Shown here piece by piece: positions 9,012 to 18,638 of a DNA stretch of 58,895 bases. A program made the position numbers and the translations under genes. Numbering within the stretch: the stretch's first letter is position 1; each line of letters begins with the position of its first letter. The notes below the pieces were generated by a model. It ran no database searches and was not told the DNA's origin. It saw only the letters and a list, made by a program, of their open reading frames with translations. This DNA comes from Patescibacteria group bacterium (GTDB lineage: Bacteria; Patescibacteriota; Microgenomatia; Levybacterales; UBA12049), in contig DASVYQ010000110.1 of assembly GCA_036392095.1 (NCBI GenBank), positions 1 to 58,895 of the forward strand, given 5' to 3'.

Positions 9012-10178
9012 ATGGAAGAAACAGTCGGCAAGCGTAAAACATTTATACAAAAGCTTACTCTTATTTTCATTGGCATTGGGTTTGCTTTTTTACTCTCAGT
9101 CGGCGTGGATAGGTTGTTTGGATGGTATTTGCAAAAAATAAATTATTTCACTGCATTTACTCCTGGATTATCTGTCTCTTATGCTACAACTGAGTATGCT
9201 TCAACAGTAAATATAAATAGCCAAGGAATTAGAAACCAAGAAGTTATTATGCCCAAACCTGCTAACACGTATAGAATTTTGGCGGTTGGAGATTCAACAA
9301 CGTTTGGATGGGGTGTTGATCTTAATCAAACATGGGAAAAACAATTAGAAAAACAGCTTAACATTTCTGGAAAAAATGTAGAAATTATTGATGCCGGAGT
9401 TCCTGGCAACAACATTCCTGCTGATTCTCGTGTCTGTCAGGATTATGCTGACAGATTTAATATAGATGCCGTTATTGTAGGTTTTAACGGACTTGATGAT
9501 ACTGTTCAGGGGGAGGCAGAAATAACTCCATTGGTATTTATAGAATCATTTTTATGGCCAAATATTACCAACTATAGATATATTGGTCGTAGTCTTGAAT
9601 CTGTTGATGCAAGACAATCGCAGTTTATAACTACAGAATATTGGTCATTAAAAGCACGAAATTATGCTTTTAATAACCCGGACGTTTTAAAAAATATCAG
9701 TTTACAAGTTAAGGCGCTTTTTTTAACAGGGAAAATACTTCCGGCAGTAGTTTCATATGCTCATGAGGATCCGAATTTTTTTCTTCATATTTTAGATACT
9801 AATTTTTTCCAACAAAGAAAAAATTTGCTAGAGAATATGTTTGCTTCTCTTAAAAAAGATTGTGCTGGAAACAGGCCACTTTTTGTTCTTTTTATTCCTG
9901 ATTCATCCCTCTTGTCTAAGAGTAATTTTGCCTATCGTGAAGAAGAAGGGTTTATTATGGATCAAAAATTAAATACATTTGATTTTGATACTCCTATGAA
10001 ACAAATAGCAAAAAATGTTGGATTTTATTATATTCCAACACTGCCAGACATGAGGAAGATTACTTGTTCAACTTGTTATTTCCATTATGATGGACATCCA
10101 ACGGCAACGGCTGATGCCTATTTTGCCCAGATTGCTGCACCTCAGGTGCAATCTATTTTAGATAGAATTGTCAAATAG
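9012..10178 (+). CDS. Membrane-anchored SGNH/GDSL-type esterase or acyltransferase, paralog 3
   Basis: It has an N-terminal TM helix, RILAVGDSTTFGWGV and CSTCYFHYDGHPTATA. Confidence 0.7.
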   Translation: MEETVGKRKTFIQKLTLIFIGIGFAFLLSVGVDRLFGWYLQKINYFTAFTPGLSVSYATTEYASTVNINSQGIRNQEVIMPKPANTYRILAVGDSTTFGWGVDLNQTWEKQLEKQLNISGKNVEIIDAGVPGNNIPADSRVCQDYADRFNIDAVIVGFNGLDDTVQGEAEITPLVFIESFLWPNITNYRYIGRSLESVDARQSQFITTEYWSLKARNYAFNNPDVLKNISLQVKALFLTGKILPAVVSYAHEDPNFFLHILDTNFFQQRKNLLENMFASLKKDCAGNRPLFVLFIPDSSLLSKSNFAYREEEGFIMDQKLNTFDFDTPMKQIAKNVGFYYIPTLPDMRKITCSTCYFHYDGHPTATADAYFAQIAAPQVQSILDRIVK

Positions 10179-10196
10179 CGTTTATTTAAGTACAAT
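10168..10196 (+). promoter_or_regulatory. Sigma70-like promoter for the tRNA-Ala pair
   Basis: TTGTCA (10168-10173), a 17-nt spacer, then TACAAT (10191-10196), 13 nt before the first tRNA. Confidence 0.35.
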
Positions 10197-10209
10197 AAAA
10201 AACACTTAC

Positions 10210-10280
10210 GGGCCTATGGTTCAACGGTAGAATACTGCATTCGCATTGCAGTGGTCCGAGTTCAATTCTCGGTAGGTCCA
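10210..10280 (+). tRNA. tRNA-Ala (anticodon CGC)
   Basis: I folded a cloverleaf by hand. The acceptor GGGCCTA/TAGGTCC has a G3:U70 pair. The anticodon stem is CTGCA/TGCAG with loop TTCGCAT. The T arm is CCGAG-TTCAATT-CTCGG. No CCA is encoded. Confidence 0.8.
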
Positions 10281-10320
10281 CTGGCTTGGCTATGTAAATT
10301 TAGGTATAATAATCTCTCAA

Positions 10321-10394
10321 GGGCCCGTAGCTCATTTGGCTAGAGCGTTTCTATGGCATAGAAAAGGTGGTGGGTTCAAATCCCATCGGGTCCA
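10321..10394 (+). tRNA. tRNA-Ala (anticodon GGC)
   Basis: The acceptor GGGCCCG/CGGGTCC has a G3:U70 pair. The D arm is GCTC-ATTTGGCTA-GAGC. The anticodon stem is TTTCT/AGAAA with loop ATGGCAT. The T loop is TTCAAAT. No CCA is encoded. Confidence 0.85.
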
Positions 10395-10449
10395 CACACC
10401 TTCTTCAAGCCTGTTTAAATTATTTTCCAACAAGCTATAATAAACTTGT

Positions 10450-12222
10450 ATGCAAGCAGTTATTAAAAAGCTTGAGAAAATTCCAACAGTTGGCATTGTT
10501 TTTTTCTATATTCTTCTTGGTTTTATTTTGTATGCAGGTTCTTTATTTAGTGCCTTTATGGCAGATGATTTAGAACAGATCGTCAGAAATCCGCTTGTGC
10601 AAACTTTGTCCAATATCCCAAAAGATTTTTTAGCTACGAGTACGTTTAATACCGGTGGAGGACTAAGTCATGGCTTGTATTACAAACCCGTGCTTTTATT
10701 ATTTTTTACAATTTTCTATAACCTTGGCGGAAATGGCTCTTGGTTTTTGCATGTTGTACAGGTCGCAATTCATATTGCCAATGCAATTTTTGTATTTATT
10801 TTACTTAAAAAATTTTTCCCAAAGCTAGGGGCATTGTTAGGCAGTTTTTTGTTTCTGATTCATCCAGTCAATATAGAAACAGTTGTCTATATTTCTAACC
10901 TGCAAGATGTATTATTTTTCTTTTTTGGAATGCTGTCTCTGATTATTTTTCTTTCAAAAAAGTCATATATGTGGCAGGGAGTTGCCCAAGTTTTGCTGTT
11001 ATGCAGTTTACTTTCTAAAGAAACCGGTATTCTATTTTTTGCCGTAATTCCTTTATTACTCTTTTTCTTTGCATCAAAAAAACAAACACTTCAGTTTTTT
11101 CTTGGCATTATTCCAACAATTATTTTGTATGCAGCGCTTCGGTTTGGAGTAGCAGGCATACCAATTGTTAATAAAAGCAATTTTCCGCTCACATCTGTGC
11201 CTTTAGGAATGCGTTTGTTGTACATCCCATATTTGATTCAGTATTATCTAAAAGCATTTTTTTGGCCTTCTGATTTATTTGTTTTTCAATTGTGGGGAAT
11301 AAAAACACTTACATTTACTACATTTTACGGCCCACTTCTGGTAGACAGTATTTTTGTGATACTCGCAGCGCTTATTGGAGTTTTTCTAAAATATAAAAAA
11401 TCTCCATGTACGCTTGCTTTTGTATTCTTTGCTATATGGTTTACTCTTGGCATGTTGTTGCATTTACAAATTGTGCCGCTTGATGCAACAGCTGCAGGAA
11501 GATGGTTTTATTTTCCGGAAGTAGGAATAATCGGCATGCTGTTATGTTTTTTTGCAAGTGTGTCTGTTACAAAAAAAGGAATAAAAACAGCAGGTTTGTA
11601 CGTTATTGCCGTTATTCTTCTTATTCTATTTATTCGTTCTTTTATTCGGGTTTCACAATGGAGTAGTGCCTTAGTGCTGTTTCAAAGAGATTGGAAGGTT
11701 GGTTACAACACTTATACCGGTGATACAAAAGAATTTACTTACTTTAGTCCAATGGAATCTTTATTAGCTGTGGAATTATTAAATAATGGTTTTATAGAAG
11801 AGGCAAAGCAGCACTTTTTGCATGCTGCAATGGTGAGTACAGACAGCTACACAAAAGCAGTCGCATTAAATAATCTTGCAGTAACCTATGAAAAGCTAGG
11901 GGATTATACCAATGCCCAAAAAACATATCAGGAAGAATTGCATATTTCTAATTTTTATATTGGTTACAACAATTATGCAGATTTTTTAACTAGACATGCA
12001 GATGTAAAAGAAGCACAAACATTTATTGTAAAATCGCTTCAGCTTTTTCCAGACAATGCACAGCTATGGTATGACCTTTCAGTTGTAGAAAATGCATTAG
12101 GTAATACTACAGAAGCTCACAATGCATTACAAAAGGCTCTTGCACTTGATAGTACCATTGTCTCTCAAAATCAGAGTATGCAGCTTCCATCAAATGTGCC
12201 TTTATATAATAAAAAACAATGA
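10450..12222 (+). CDS. TMTC-like GT-C membrane glycosyltransferase with C-terminal TPR repeats
   Basis: About 10-12 TM helices. It has the luminal acidic motif FMADDLEQIVRNP and the DUF1736-type motif IHPVNIETVVYISN. The C-terminal TPRs include LNNLAVTYEKLGDYTNAQKTYQE. Confidence 0.75.
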   Translation: MQAVIKKLEKIPTVGIVFFYILLGFILYAGSLFSAFMADDLEQIVRNPLVQTLSNIPKDFLATSTFNTGGGLSHGLYYKPVLLLFFTIFYNLGGNGSWFLHVVQVAIHIANAIFVFILLKKFFPKLGALLGSFLFLIHPVNIETVVYISNLQDVLFFFFGMLSLIIFLSKKSYMWQGVAQVLLLCSLLSKETGILFFAVIPLLLFFFASKKQTLQFFLGIIPTIILYAALRFGVAGIPIVNKSNFPLTSVPLGMRLLYIPYLIQYYLKAFFWPSDLFVFQLWGIKTLTFTTFYGPLLVDSIFVILAALIGVFLKYKKSPCTLAFVFFAIWFTLGMLLHLQIVPLDATAAGRWFYFPEVGIIGMLLCFFASVSVTKKGIKTAGLYVIAVILLILFIRSFIRVSQWSSALVLFQRDWKVGYNTYTGDTKEFTYFSPMESLLAVELLNNGFIEEAKQHFLHAAMVSTDSYTKAVALNNLAVTYEKLGDYTNAQKTYQEELHISNFYIGYNNYADFLTRHADVKEAQTFIVKSLQLFPDNAQLWYDLSVVENALGNTTEAHNALQKALALDSTIVSQNQSMQLPSNVPLYNKKQ

Positions 12223-13379
12223 TTACTGCCTTTTTAAAAAACAGATCTGCACTTTTTTCTTTGGCAACAGTTGTATATATACTGCTGTTTGTTATTTCTC
12301 TTTCCTTAGGGCATAGAGAAACAGATGAGGTGGTGTATCAAACATTAGGGATGCAGTTATTTTTGCATCACAGTTATAGTTTGCAAGGTACAGATATGCT
12401 TAGGTTTTTGCCTAAAGCAATTTATGATACGCCAATCTTTTTCCATCCTCCAGTATTTCCATTTATTTTAGGATTGTTGTACGTTGTTGGTGGAGCATAT
12501 GCAGACTTTCTTATTCCACCGCTTATTTTTGTTTTTATAACCATTTTTATTTATAAGCTGGCTTTTAAAATATCCCAATCAGAAACAACGGCAGTAAAAG
12601 CATATGTGCTTGCGTTATTTTCTCCTATGCTTTTATTGACTGCAACTAAATTGCATTTAGATTTACTTATGACGCTTTTTATAGTCCTAGCATTCTATTT
12701 TGAAGCAGTTTCCTTTGAGACACAAAAGAAAAAAGATATAATTTTTTCCGGCATTTGCATAACACTTGCTTTGCTTACTCGATATACAGCAATCTTAGCA
12801 GTACCTTTTTTACTTTTCTGGGCAATACAGAAAAGAGTAGAGGTAAAAAAGATAGCCTTGTTTTTTTTACCAATGGTTGTATTTGGTTTGTGGCTACTAT
12901 ACTTTTTTGCCAAACAAGGATTTATTGGATTTACTAGTACAGCTCCAACAGCAGAATCTATTCTTCATTATCCGTTTTTATACTTAACAGTAAAAGTAAG
13001 AAAATGGTATTTTTACTTTACTAGTATATTTTTGGTTAATCCGTCTTTGTTATTTTTATTTTGGTATGCAAAGAAGTCTATCTATAAAAAAATAAATTTT
13101 TCTGTAATACTGTTTGGTGCTTTTGCGCTAACGCTTCTTGTTGCAATGACAATTATGGGAGTAGCAGGGTATGGGTTTCAAATGCGCTATATTGTGGCTG
13201 TTGAGCCATTTTTACTAATCATTATTGCCATGCTACCAATTGAGAAGAATAAATCAGTATCATTTTTACTACTTCTTTTTCTTGTCCATAATGTGCTTTT
13301 ATTTTTTTACAACGGAATTATTTTCCAAAGCGCAGATATGACATCATTTTTAGAACGATTGGTTTACCATCTTCACTAA
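12219..13379 (+). CDS. ArnT/PMT_2-like GT-C membrane glycosyltransferase
   Basis: 386 aa, polytopic, with an N-terminal loop HRETDEVVYQTLG...FFHPPVFPF (DE and HPP motifs). It has a 4-nt ATGA overlap with the upstream gene. Confidence 0.6.
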   Translation: MITAFLKNRSALFSLATVVYILLFVISLSLGHRETDEVVYQTLGMQLFLHHSYSLQGTDMLRFLPKAIYDTPIFFHPPVFPFILGLLYVVGGAYADFLIPPLIFVFITIFIYKLAFKISQSETTAVKAYVLALFSPMLLLTATKLHLDLLMTLFIVLAFYFEAVSFETQKKKDIIFSGICITLALLTRYTAILAVPFLLFWAIQKRVEVKKIALFFLPMVVFGLWLLYFFAKQGFIGFTSTAPTAESILHYPFLYLTVKVRKWYFYFTSIFLVNPSLLFLFWYAKKSIYKKINFSVILFGAFALTLLVAMTIMGVAGYGFQMRYIVAVEPFLLIIIAMLPIEKNKSVSFLLLLFLVHNVLLFFYNGIIFQSADMTSFLERLVYHLH

Positions 13380-15325
13380 TTGCCGGCTAAGAGTTGTTGA
13401 AGCTGCTGTAAGTCACTTAATGCTTCTGCATTTTGAACGCCTTTTTGCCAAACTGCATTAGCTTGAGCTGTATCATTTAGTACATTTTTGTAGAGTTGTC
13501 CAAGGCGAATATAGATAATGCCTCGTGTTGGATCAAGAATCAATGCCTTTTTATACATACTAACAGCTTTGTCATACTCGTGACTTAGCGTATAAATTGC
13601 AGCTAGATTTACATAAGGGGATGCAAAGTTTGCGTTTAAATTTACTGCTTTTTCAAAATCTTGTTGGGCTGTTGCATATTGTTTGTCTTGCCAGAGTAAA
13701 AGTCCAAGCGCATTTTCAGAAATAGCCGAGTCAGTAATAGCAATCATACGAGAGTAATCTGCAATCGCTTGTTTTTCTAAGCCCTTTTTATATGGAACAT
13801 CTTCATAAGGAGTTGCCCCAAGGGCAGCATATTGCTTAAGAAGAGCAGTATTCTTATTGTCATTGCGGACAAAGATTTCAAATGAATCATCCCAGTATAC
13901 AAGATTCCAGTTTTTGTCTAAAGAAAGAATATGGGAAACTTTAGTTGTATAGGTGTTTTTCTGTGTTTTAATTAAGATATACGAAATGTTGTATTTGTTC
14001 CATAAATTATTTAAAAGTGTGTGGTATTGATCATCGGGAAGATATTTATTGTCATAAAGTTTTTGGTAATCATATAATTCACAGCACATGTATGGATCCA
14101 TTCTGCCGTCTATAAACACAGTGTGTTTGGGATACAAGTTATAGAGAAGAAAGCCTCCAAAACTGTATTCGTTAAATAAATTGCCCTGTATATTTGTTTT
14201 TTGAATAAATCTCATTGCATTAACCGGATATGCCTGCATAATAGAATTCTCAGGATACATTTGCTTATAGATTAGTTGACCTGCAAATAAACAAAAAATA
14301 AAGCCTGTTGCTATGTAAAAAAGCGGCATGTATTTATTTTTTATTTTCCATAAAGAAAGTGCCCAACCAGCAAGAAAAATAAGGCCCAAATAGCCATAGT
14401 AAGTGTTTCTAATGGCAGTAAAACCAGATAGAGCCATAAGTACAAAAGGAACAAATAACAAATAAGTAAGTGGTTTTTTAAAGTAAATGGTTATACCACT
14501 TGCTATGCCAACAACTCCCAACACAGCAACATAAGGATATAACTTTGCAGGGCTTTGTAATAAAGGTCCCCATTCATACACAAATTCGCTAATAACATGG
14601 TTGTTTTGCAAATATTGTCCTACCAAGACATATTGCAAATAGCCAACAGGGGGGAGAAGACTAAGCAGCAAATTTCCCAATCCAAAAAGAGCAAGTATTT
14701 TTGCCTGCTGTAAACTATAGTCTTGTTTTAGTGCTTTTTTTGCAAATACTAAAAGTACTGCAAAGCCTAAAAACATTGGAACATTTAAAACACTTGATGC
14801 ATGCAAATTCGACCACAACAACGTAATTGGCAGAGAAATCCAGAGTAAGTTTTTCTTCTGAAGTATGTAATAAAGGATAAGGTTAAGATTAGTAATAAAA
14901 AAAATAATGGCAACAATTTGCGTTCTTGCACTAATAAAGCTTTGGGTAATTTCTAAAAATGCAAAGCACAGCAAAAAAGCGAAAATTGGCTTTAGGGTGA
15001 ATGTTTTTCGTAAAAAGAAGTATAAAACAGCAATCTGCAAAAATACAAAAAAACTGACAAAATATACCAAGTTGTTAAGGCTAAATGTATGAACAAACAG
15101 ATACAAAATAACCTGAAAAAGCCATTCAAACGGAATCCACTCCCTTTGTGATGCAAAATTGGAAAACACATCTTTAAATACAATGCCATGGGTTGCAAAA
15201 ATTTCTCCTGATTTTGTGTGATACCAGGTGTCTGCATCTAAGACATGTTGTCCGATAATTCCTGCAACAAAAACATAAGCTAACAAAGCAAGAAATATAT
15301 AGGGGATTAGGCTTCTAAGCTTCAT
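13376..15325 (-). CDS. Polytopic membrane protein (GT-C-like, family unassigned) with C-terminal TPR repeats
   Basis: 649 aa. The N-terminal loop is LDADTWYHTKSGEIFATHGIVFKDVFSNFASQREWIPFEWLFQV. At least 3 TPRs are visible (FEKAVNLNANFASPYVNLAAIY...). It is a paralog of 15344-17062. Confidence 0.5.
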   Translation of the reverse strand: MKLRSLIPYIFLALLAYVFVAGIIGQHVLDADTWYHTKSGEIFATHGIVFKDVFSNFASQREWIPFEWLFQVILYLFVHTFSLNNLVYFVSFFVFLQIAVLYFFLRKTFTLKPIFAFLLCFAFLEITQSFISARTQIVAIIFFITNLNLILYYILQKKNLLWISLPITLLWSNLHASSVLNVPMFLGFAVLLVFAKKALKQDYSLQQAKILALFGLGNLLLSLLPPVGYLQYVLVGQYLQNNHVISEFVYEWGPLLQSPAKLYPYVAVLGVVGIASGITIYFKKPLTYLLFVPFVLMALSGFTAIRNTYYGYLGLIFLAGWALSLWKIKNKYMPLFYIATGFIFCLFAGQLIYKQMYPENSIMQAYPVNAMRFIQKTNIQGNLFNEYSFGGFLLYNLYPKHTVFIDGRMDPYMCCELYDYQKLYDNKYLPDDQYHTLLNNLWNKYNISYILIKTQKNTYTTKVSHILSLDKNWNLVYWDDSFEIFVRNDNKNTALLKQYAALGATPYEDVPYKKGLEKQAIADYSRMIAITDSAISENALGLLLWQDKQYATAQQDFEKAVNLNANFASPYVNLAAIYTLSHEYDKAVSMYKKALILDPTRGIIYIRLGQLYKNVLNDTAQANAVWQKGVQNAEALSDLQQLQQLLAGN

Positions 15326-15343
15326 AGATATATTGTATCAAGA

Positions 15344-17062
15344 CTATTTGCAAAGTGTGCTATATTGTTGTGCATACAATTGCATACTTGTATCATTTGT
15401 TGCATAAAATGCATTTGCCAGTGATTGTAAAGCAGTACAATCTTTAGGATTTAGGCTTAAAACCTGCTTGAGTGCAGCAATTTCAGATTTATTCCATTGC
15501 AGTCTTTGAAAAAGTAAAAGCAAGTTGTACAGCGCTTTTATATTTGTAATTTTTATTGGATTAAATGCATCTGATTTTATAGCAAATTTTTCTATGATTG
15601 CTTTATTTGAAGGTATATCTTTTACAAAAATAATTGTATATCCATCAAGATATACTAAGCGCCAAGAAGAGTCAGCTAAAAGGGAAGTAAAAAGATTTGG
15701 ATTATAATACGGACTTATACCATATTCATAAAACACTGAATTAAATTTGTATTTTGCTTCTTGTTGTTTAAAAGTAGCATAGTTGGCAAGCATAGGGCCA
15801 TATACCTTAGTAAAAAAGCTGGTAGGATAAGCCTCTGGGCGTTCGTCTACAAACACTTTTTCTCTTGGAAAAAGTCTATAAATTAAATAACTGCCAGTGT
15901 CAAAGTTATTGAAGATCGGGCCTGTCAGATTGTTTTTGATAAAAAAATCTACTCCTTGCTTGGGAAAGGTAGATTCAGTAATTCCAAAGCCTTGTGAAGC
16001 TATAACAAAATAAATGCAACTAAGTGTAGTTACTATTCCAATGCAATATAAAACAAGCGTATTTTTCTTTTGCAACATACTTTGTGTGCTTTGTGAAAGA
16101 TACAAAGCAAAAGGAATAAATACTGCGTAGACAAATAAAGGCATGTTTCTAACAGCGGTGGTGGCAATAAGAGTAAAGCTTATTGCCAAAAGCCAGTCGG
16201 CAAGTGAGGTTTTCTTTTTATTCAAATACAAAACCACAAATAATAAAACAGCACTTATTTCAAAAAACCAGATTGCAGGAAGCATAAACCTCATTTGTGC
16301 CAAAAAAATATTTTGATTCTCCTCAAGCACAACTCCGTAGTTGTTAAAAATAAACAAAGGGTAGAGTGCCCCTTTTATCCCAAACGGATTTATAAACAGC
16401 GTTGCACTTGCAATAAAAAGAACAATCAAAAGTTCTATAACCGGCTTTGGTAAGTTCTTTTTCTCAAAAATCTGCTTTTTATTTGTCCACAAAGCATCAA
16501 GTACAAAAATACCAAGAATACCAATTCCTATTGGAAAGTAAATATGCATGTTTGTCCATAAAAGTTGTACGGGAATTAGTAGATAAATTAATCTAGTATG
16601 ATGCTTTTTGAAATAATAAAGTATTGTTATAAAAAAAGTAGTAAACAAAAAACTAAACAACTCAGGTCGTGGGTCTGTGCGCTCAAGTAAAATAAAGATA
16701 CTTAAAAACGTAACTATAGAAAGGGCAAACAAATTTGTTTTTTGTTTTATGCTATAGATAAAAACAACTGCAAACGCTGTTACTCCCAATAAAACACCAA
16801 CATATCCAATACCAAACACGCCAACCACAAGAGAGAGAAGATAAAAAACAACTTCTGAAAACCAATGAGAATTAATAAAAACAAAATGTGGATTGGTATA
16901 TGAAAATAAATTTTCATGAGGAATATGCACAGTCGTAACAATAATTTTGCCAAGAGTTAGATGTCTTGCCAAATCCTGATTTAATGCAGTTAAAGGATGA
17001 AAATACAGAGTAAAGAGTAAAAAAAATAAAAGAAAAATAAAGAAAAATTTGAGCATTCGCAT
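15344..17062 (-). CDS. Polytopic membrane protein (GT-C-like, family unassigned), paralog of 13376-15325
   Basis: The equivalent loop is LNQDLARHLTLGKIIVTTVHIPHENLFSYTNPHFVFINSHWFSEV, and the C-terminus is weakly TPR-like. I prefer the ATG at 17062 (MRMLKFFFIF...). The longest ORF reaches 17152 but would overlap the divergent gene. Confidence 0.5.
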   Translation of the reverse strand: MRMLKFFFIFLLFFLLFTLYFHPLTALNQDLARHLTLGKIIVTTVHIPHENLFSYTNPHFVFINSHWFSEVVFYLLSLVVGVFGIGYVGVLLGVTAFAVVFIYSIKQKTNLFALSIVTFLSIFILLERTDPRPELFSFLFTTFFITILYYFKKHHTRLIYLLIPVQLLWTNMHIYFPIGIGILGIFVLDALWTNKKQIFEKKNLPKPVIELLIVLFIASATLFINPFGIKGALYPLFIFNNYGVVLEENQNIFLAQMRFMLPAIWFFEISAVLLFVVLYLNKKKTSLADWLLAISFTLIATTAVRNMPLFVYAVFIPFALYLSQSTQSMLQKKNTLVLYCIGIVTTLSCIYFVIASQGFGITESTFPKQGVDFFIKNNLTGPIFNNFDTGSYLIYRLFPREKVFVDERPEAYPTSFFTKVYGPMLANYATFKQQEAKYKFNSVFYEYGISPYYNPNLFTSLLADSSWRLVYLDGYTIIFVKDIPSNKAIIEKFAIKSDAFNPIKITNIKALYNLLLLFQRLQWNKSEIAALKQVLSLNPKDCTALQSLANAFYATNDTSMQLYAQQYSTLCK

Positions 17063-17134
17063 ACCTGTACTATACAAGCATTTATGGTAAAAGTGTAGGG
17101 GAGTGATTATAATAAAAAAGTGATAGATAAACTG

Positions 17135-18511
17135 ATGCAAAAAATTGAACATGCCTCTTTGTTAAAGATTTCTTTTGTGTTATGTCTTATTGGATTTTTG
17201 CTTTATGTACGCATGCTTGGCAATAATTTTGCTCTGGGAGATGATAAATATCAGATTCAAGTAAATGCACTTATAAAGCATGTAAATACTATCCCGCAAT
17301 TATTTTTAGGGAGTACTGTCTATGATCCTTCAGGGAAAGAATTAAACGGAGTGTATTACAAACCGCTTATGGAAACTGCATTCGCTCTTATTTATGTAGT
17401 TTTTAAATTGAATCCCTTTGGCTACCATTTATTCGATCTTGTTTTTCACTTGATAAATACCATTTTGTTATTCGTTTTTTTAAGAAAATTATTTGCTTTG
17501 CAAAAAATGCAGCATGAGCAGGTGTTATCATTTTTTATTAGCCTTATTTTCTTAATTCATCCTGCAAACGTAGAAAGTGTGGCATTTATTGCAAGCACAC
17601 AAGAGCTGTTGTATATGTTTTTTCTTTTTATAACCATGCTGGTTAGTTTGCGCTTTTTGGAAAAATCTTCTAAAAAACTTCTGATTATTATTACGGTAAG
17701 CACATTTGCATCACTTTTATCTAAAGAGGCAGGTGTAGTCGCTCTTATTGTTTCACCCTTGGCTGCATATTTATATAATAGGTCAAAAACAATTGCCCTT
17801 TTTTTAGCAAATGCAACTGGGTTTCTTTTATATATACTTTTGCGACTTGGGATTGCTCATGTTCCTTTTGATACAAAAATTCCTGAGCCAATTATGATGG
17901 CTTCATTGCCACAGCGGCTTATTACCATTCCTTATGAACTTTATACTTATATACGTCTCATTTTCTTTCCCAAAGATTTATACATATGGTATTTATGGGT
18001 AGTAAGAAGCATCTCAGATACTCGTTTTGTGCTTTTGTTGCCGTTTGATTTGCTAATTATTGGTTTTTTTGTGCTTTTTCTGTTTAAGCTTAAATCAAAA
18101 CTGTATATATTTTTCTTTATCTGGGCAATGGTTGGTTTTGGGATTGTAAGCAATATCTTCCCAATTGATGCAACCATAGCAGAGCGGTGGGTATATGGCC
18201 CGTTAATAGGTGTTTTAGGCATGCTTGCGTTAATTGCTGCTGCGTGGATTAAAAAATCTCATCAAGCAAAGGTATGGCTGTTGCTTATTTTGGTAATTTT
18301 TTTGCCCTTTTTTGCCATTCGAAGCTATGTGCGAATAGGAGACTGGAAAGACACCTTAACCCTTTTTGGCCACGATGAGCAATATCATCAAGATTCGTCC
18401 ATTTACTACTACCATTATGGCTTATTCCTTAAAGATGCCGGCAAAACAGACATGGCCCAGCAGATGCTTATCCGCTATATCTACAATGCTCATATGTATG
18501 GTCCGCAATAG
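17135..18511 (+). CDS. TMTC-like GT-C membrane glycosyltransferase (no clear TPR region)
   Basis: It has LGDDKYQIQVNALIKH and IHPANVESVAFIAS motifs. I prefer the ATG at 17135; the track uses a GTG at 17120. Confidence 0.7.
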   Translation: MQKIEHASLLKISFVLCLIGFLLYVRMLGNNFALGDDKYQIQVNALIKHVNTIPQLFLGSTVYDPSGKELNGVYYKPLMETAFALIYVVFKLNPFGYHLFDLVFHLINTILLFVFLRKLFALQKMQHEQVLSFFISLIFLIHPANVESVAFIASTQELLYMFFLFITMLVSLRFLEKSSKKLLIIITVSTFASLLSKEAGVVALIVSPLAAYLYNRSKTIALFLANATGFLLYILLRLGIAHVPFDTKIPEPIMMASLPQRLITIPYELYTYIRLIFFPKDLYIWYLWVVRSISDTRFVLLLPFDLLIIGFFVLFLFKLKSKLYIFFFIWAMVGFGIVSNIFPIDATIAERWVYGPLIGVLGMLALIAAAWIKKSHQAKVWLLLILVIFLPFFAIRSYVRIGDWKDTLTLFGHDEQYHQDSSIYYYHYGLFLKDAGKTDMAQQMLIRYIYNAHMYGPQ

Positions 18512-18638
18512 AGAAAAACTTGCTATTTCGGGCTTTTTGCTATATACTACTAGATAGTCAATTAACTCCAAGGTCACCTTCTCTAACAAGAAAAAGGAAC
18601 TCAAGGGGAAAGCGATAAAAGAGGAGGTGAATACTAAA

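Noticed and set aside
10367-10573. 68-aa plus-strand ORF
   Set aside because: It starts inside tRNA-Ala(GGC) and overlaps the start of the TMTC-like gene, so it is an artefact of six-frame translation.
17063-17152. 30-codon N-terminal extension of the 15344 gene, overlapping the divergent 17120/17135 gene
   Set aside because: The internal ATG at 17062 is followed directly by the first TM helix, and the extension would leave no promoter space.
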